A program made the translations under genes and the position numbers. This document shows, one piece after another, positions 63,511 through 64,000 of a stretch of DNA of 64,000 nt; position 1 is the stretch's first letter; every line of letters starts with the position of its first letter. The notes below the pieces were generated by a model. It searched no databases, had not been told where the DNA came from, and worked only from the letters and a program-made list of their open reading frames with translations. Source of the stretch: a virus; IMG/VR virus record IMGVR_UViG_3300048851_000098, positions 32,001-96,000 of that record. One strand, given 5' to 3'.

Positions 63511-63810
63511 TCATGATTTGTTCTTTCGTGGTGGTGTGATTTCTCGGATTCGATTCATGACGATTGCCAGACGAATGAGAACGTCTTGCTGAGCAAAACG
63601 GTCCCAATAGCCTCGACAAATCGCGTTGTTGCCATCAAGTGTTGAATGGCAGACAATGGTACCGCCTTCCTTGCTTCGAGCACTATCTACCATCTCGCGT
63701 ACTCGACCCGACTTGAGCTGCATGCGGTTGCCGCTATGGAAAATGCATGTGTCGCACATTCTGGCGCACACATGCACATGATCATCTCGAAATACGTTGT
63801 GTTGATCCAT
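63511..63810 (-). CDS. Cys/His-rich actinophage-type protein
   Basis: MCDTCIF...VCHSTL...AICRGY. Confidence 0.65.
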   Translation of the reverse strand: MDQHNVFRDDHVHVCARMCDTCIFHSGNRMQLKSGRVREMVDSARSKEGGTIVCHSTLDGNNAICRGYWDRFAQQDVLIRLAIVMNRIREITPPRKNKS

Positions 63811-64000
63811 AGCGCTTCATCACCCATTTCACGTGTGCGATGAACCTGCGGTAGCGCCGCTCCGCAGCGACAGGCGGATACCTCTTGACCTCGTGCCGGC
63901 GGGCTTGTTCTGTCCGCATATTCATGCCTTGCAACCCGTCACGCATGGCTTCATCTCCCCTCTAGCTGCCTGGTCGTGGACGTACAGTCTTAGGACGCGG

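Overview
This window is part of a large tailed dsDNA phage genome with no rRNA, CRISPR array or integrase visible. The host is probably an actinobacterium, possibly Thermoleophilia; this is inferred from TANNNT/leaderless promoters, AGAAAGGA-type RBSs and host-like protein families. Layout: (i) the 5' part of an SF2 helicase on the minus strand, missed by the ORF track; (ii) ~2.6-10.1 kb, an array of 26 canonical tRNAs covering all 20 amino acids, interleaved with HNH genes, small ORFs, atypical tRNA mimics and many structured spacers; (iii) 11.7-25 kb, replication and recombination genes (DnaB, DnaG, SSB, DnaE, RecA, PD-(D/E)xK nuclease, RusA); (iv) 25.8-41.3 kb, terminase, portal-MuF, three peptidoglycan hydrolases plus holin, four glycosyltransferases plus a methyltransferase, and dcd; (v) a convergent minus-strand accessory arm with Ro60 (TROVE), Fic, SPFH, collagen-like, flavoprotein, DUF932 and AAA+ genes. 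The most unusual content is non-coding. There are four Y RNAs sharing one motif (three beside Ro60, one 39 kb away in the tRNA array) and several tRNA mimics with destroyed or replaced anticodon or D arms. A promoter- and terminator-bounded small RNA has a loop antisense to the start-associated motif AAAGGATCAG found in front of seven accessory-arm genes. All structures and family assignments were made by eye; no searches or folding programs were run.
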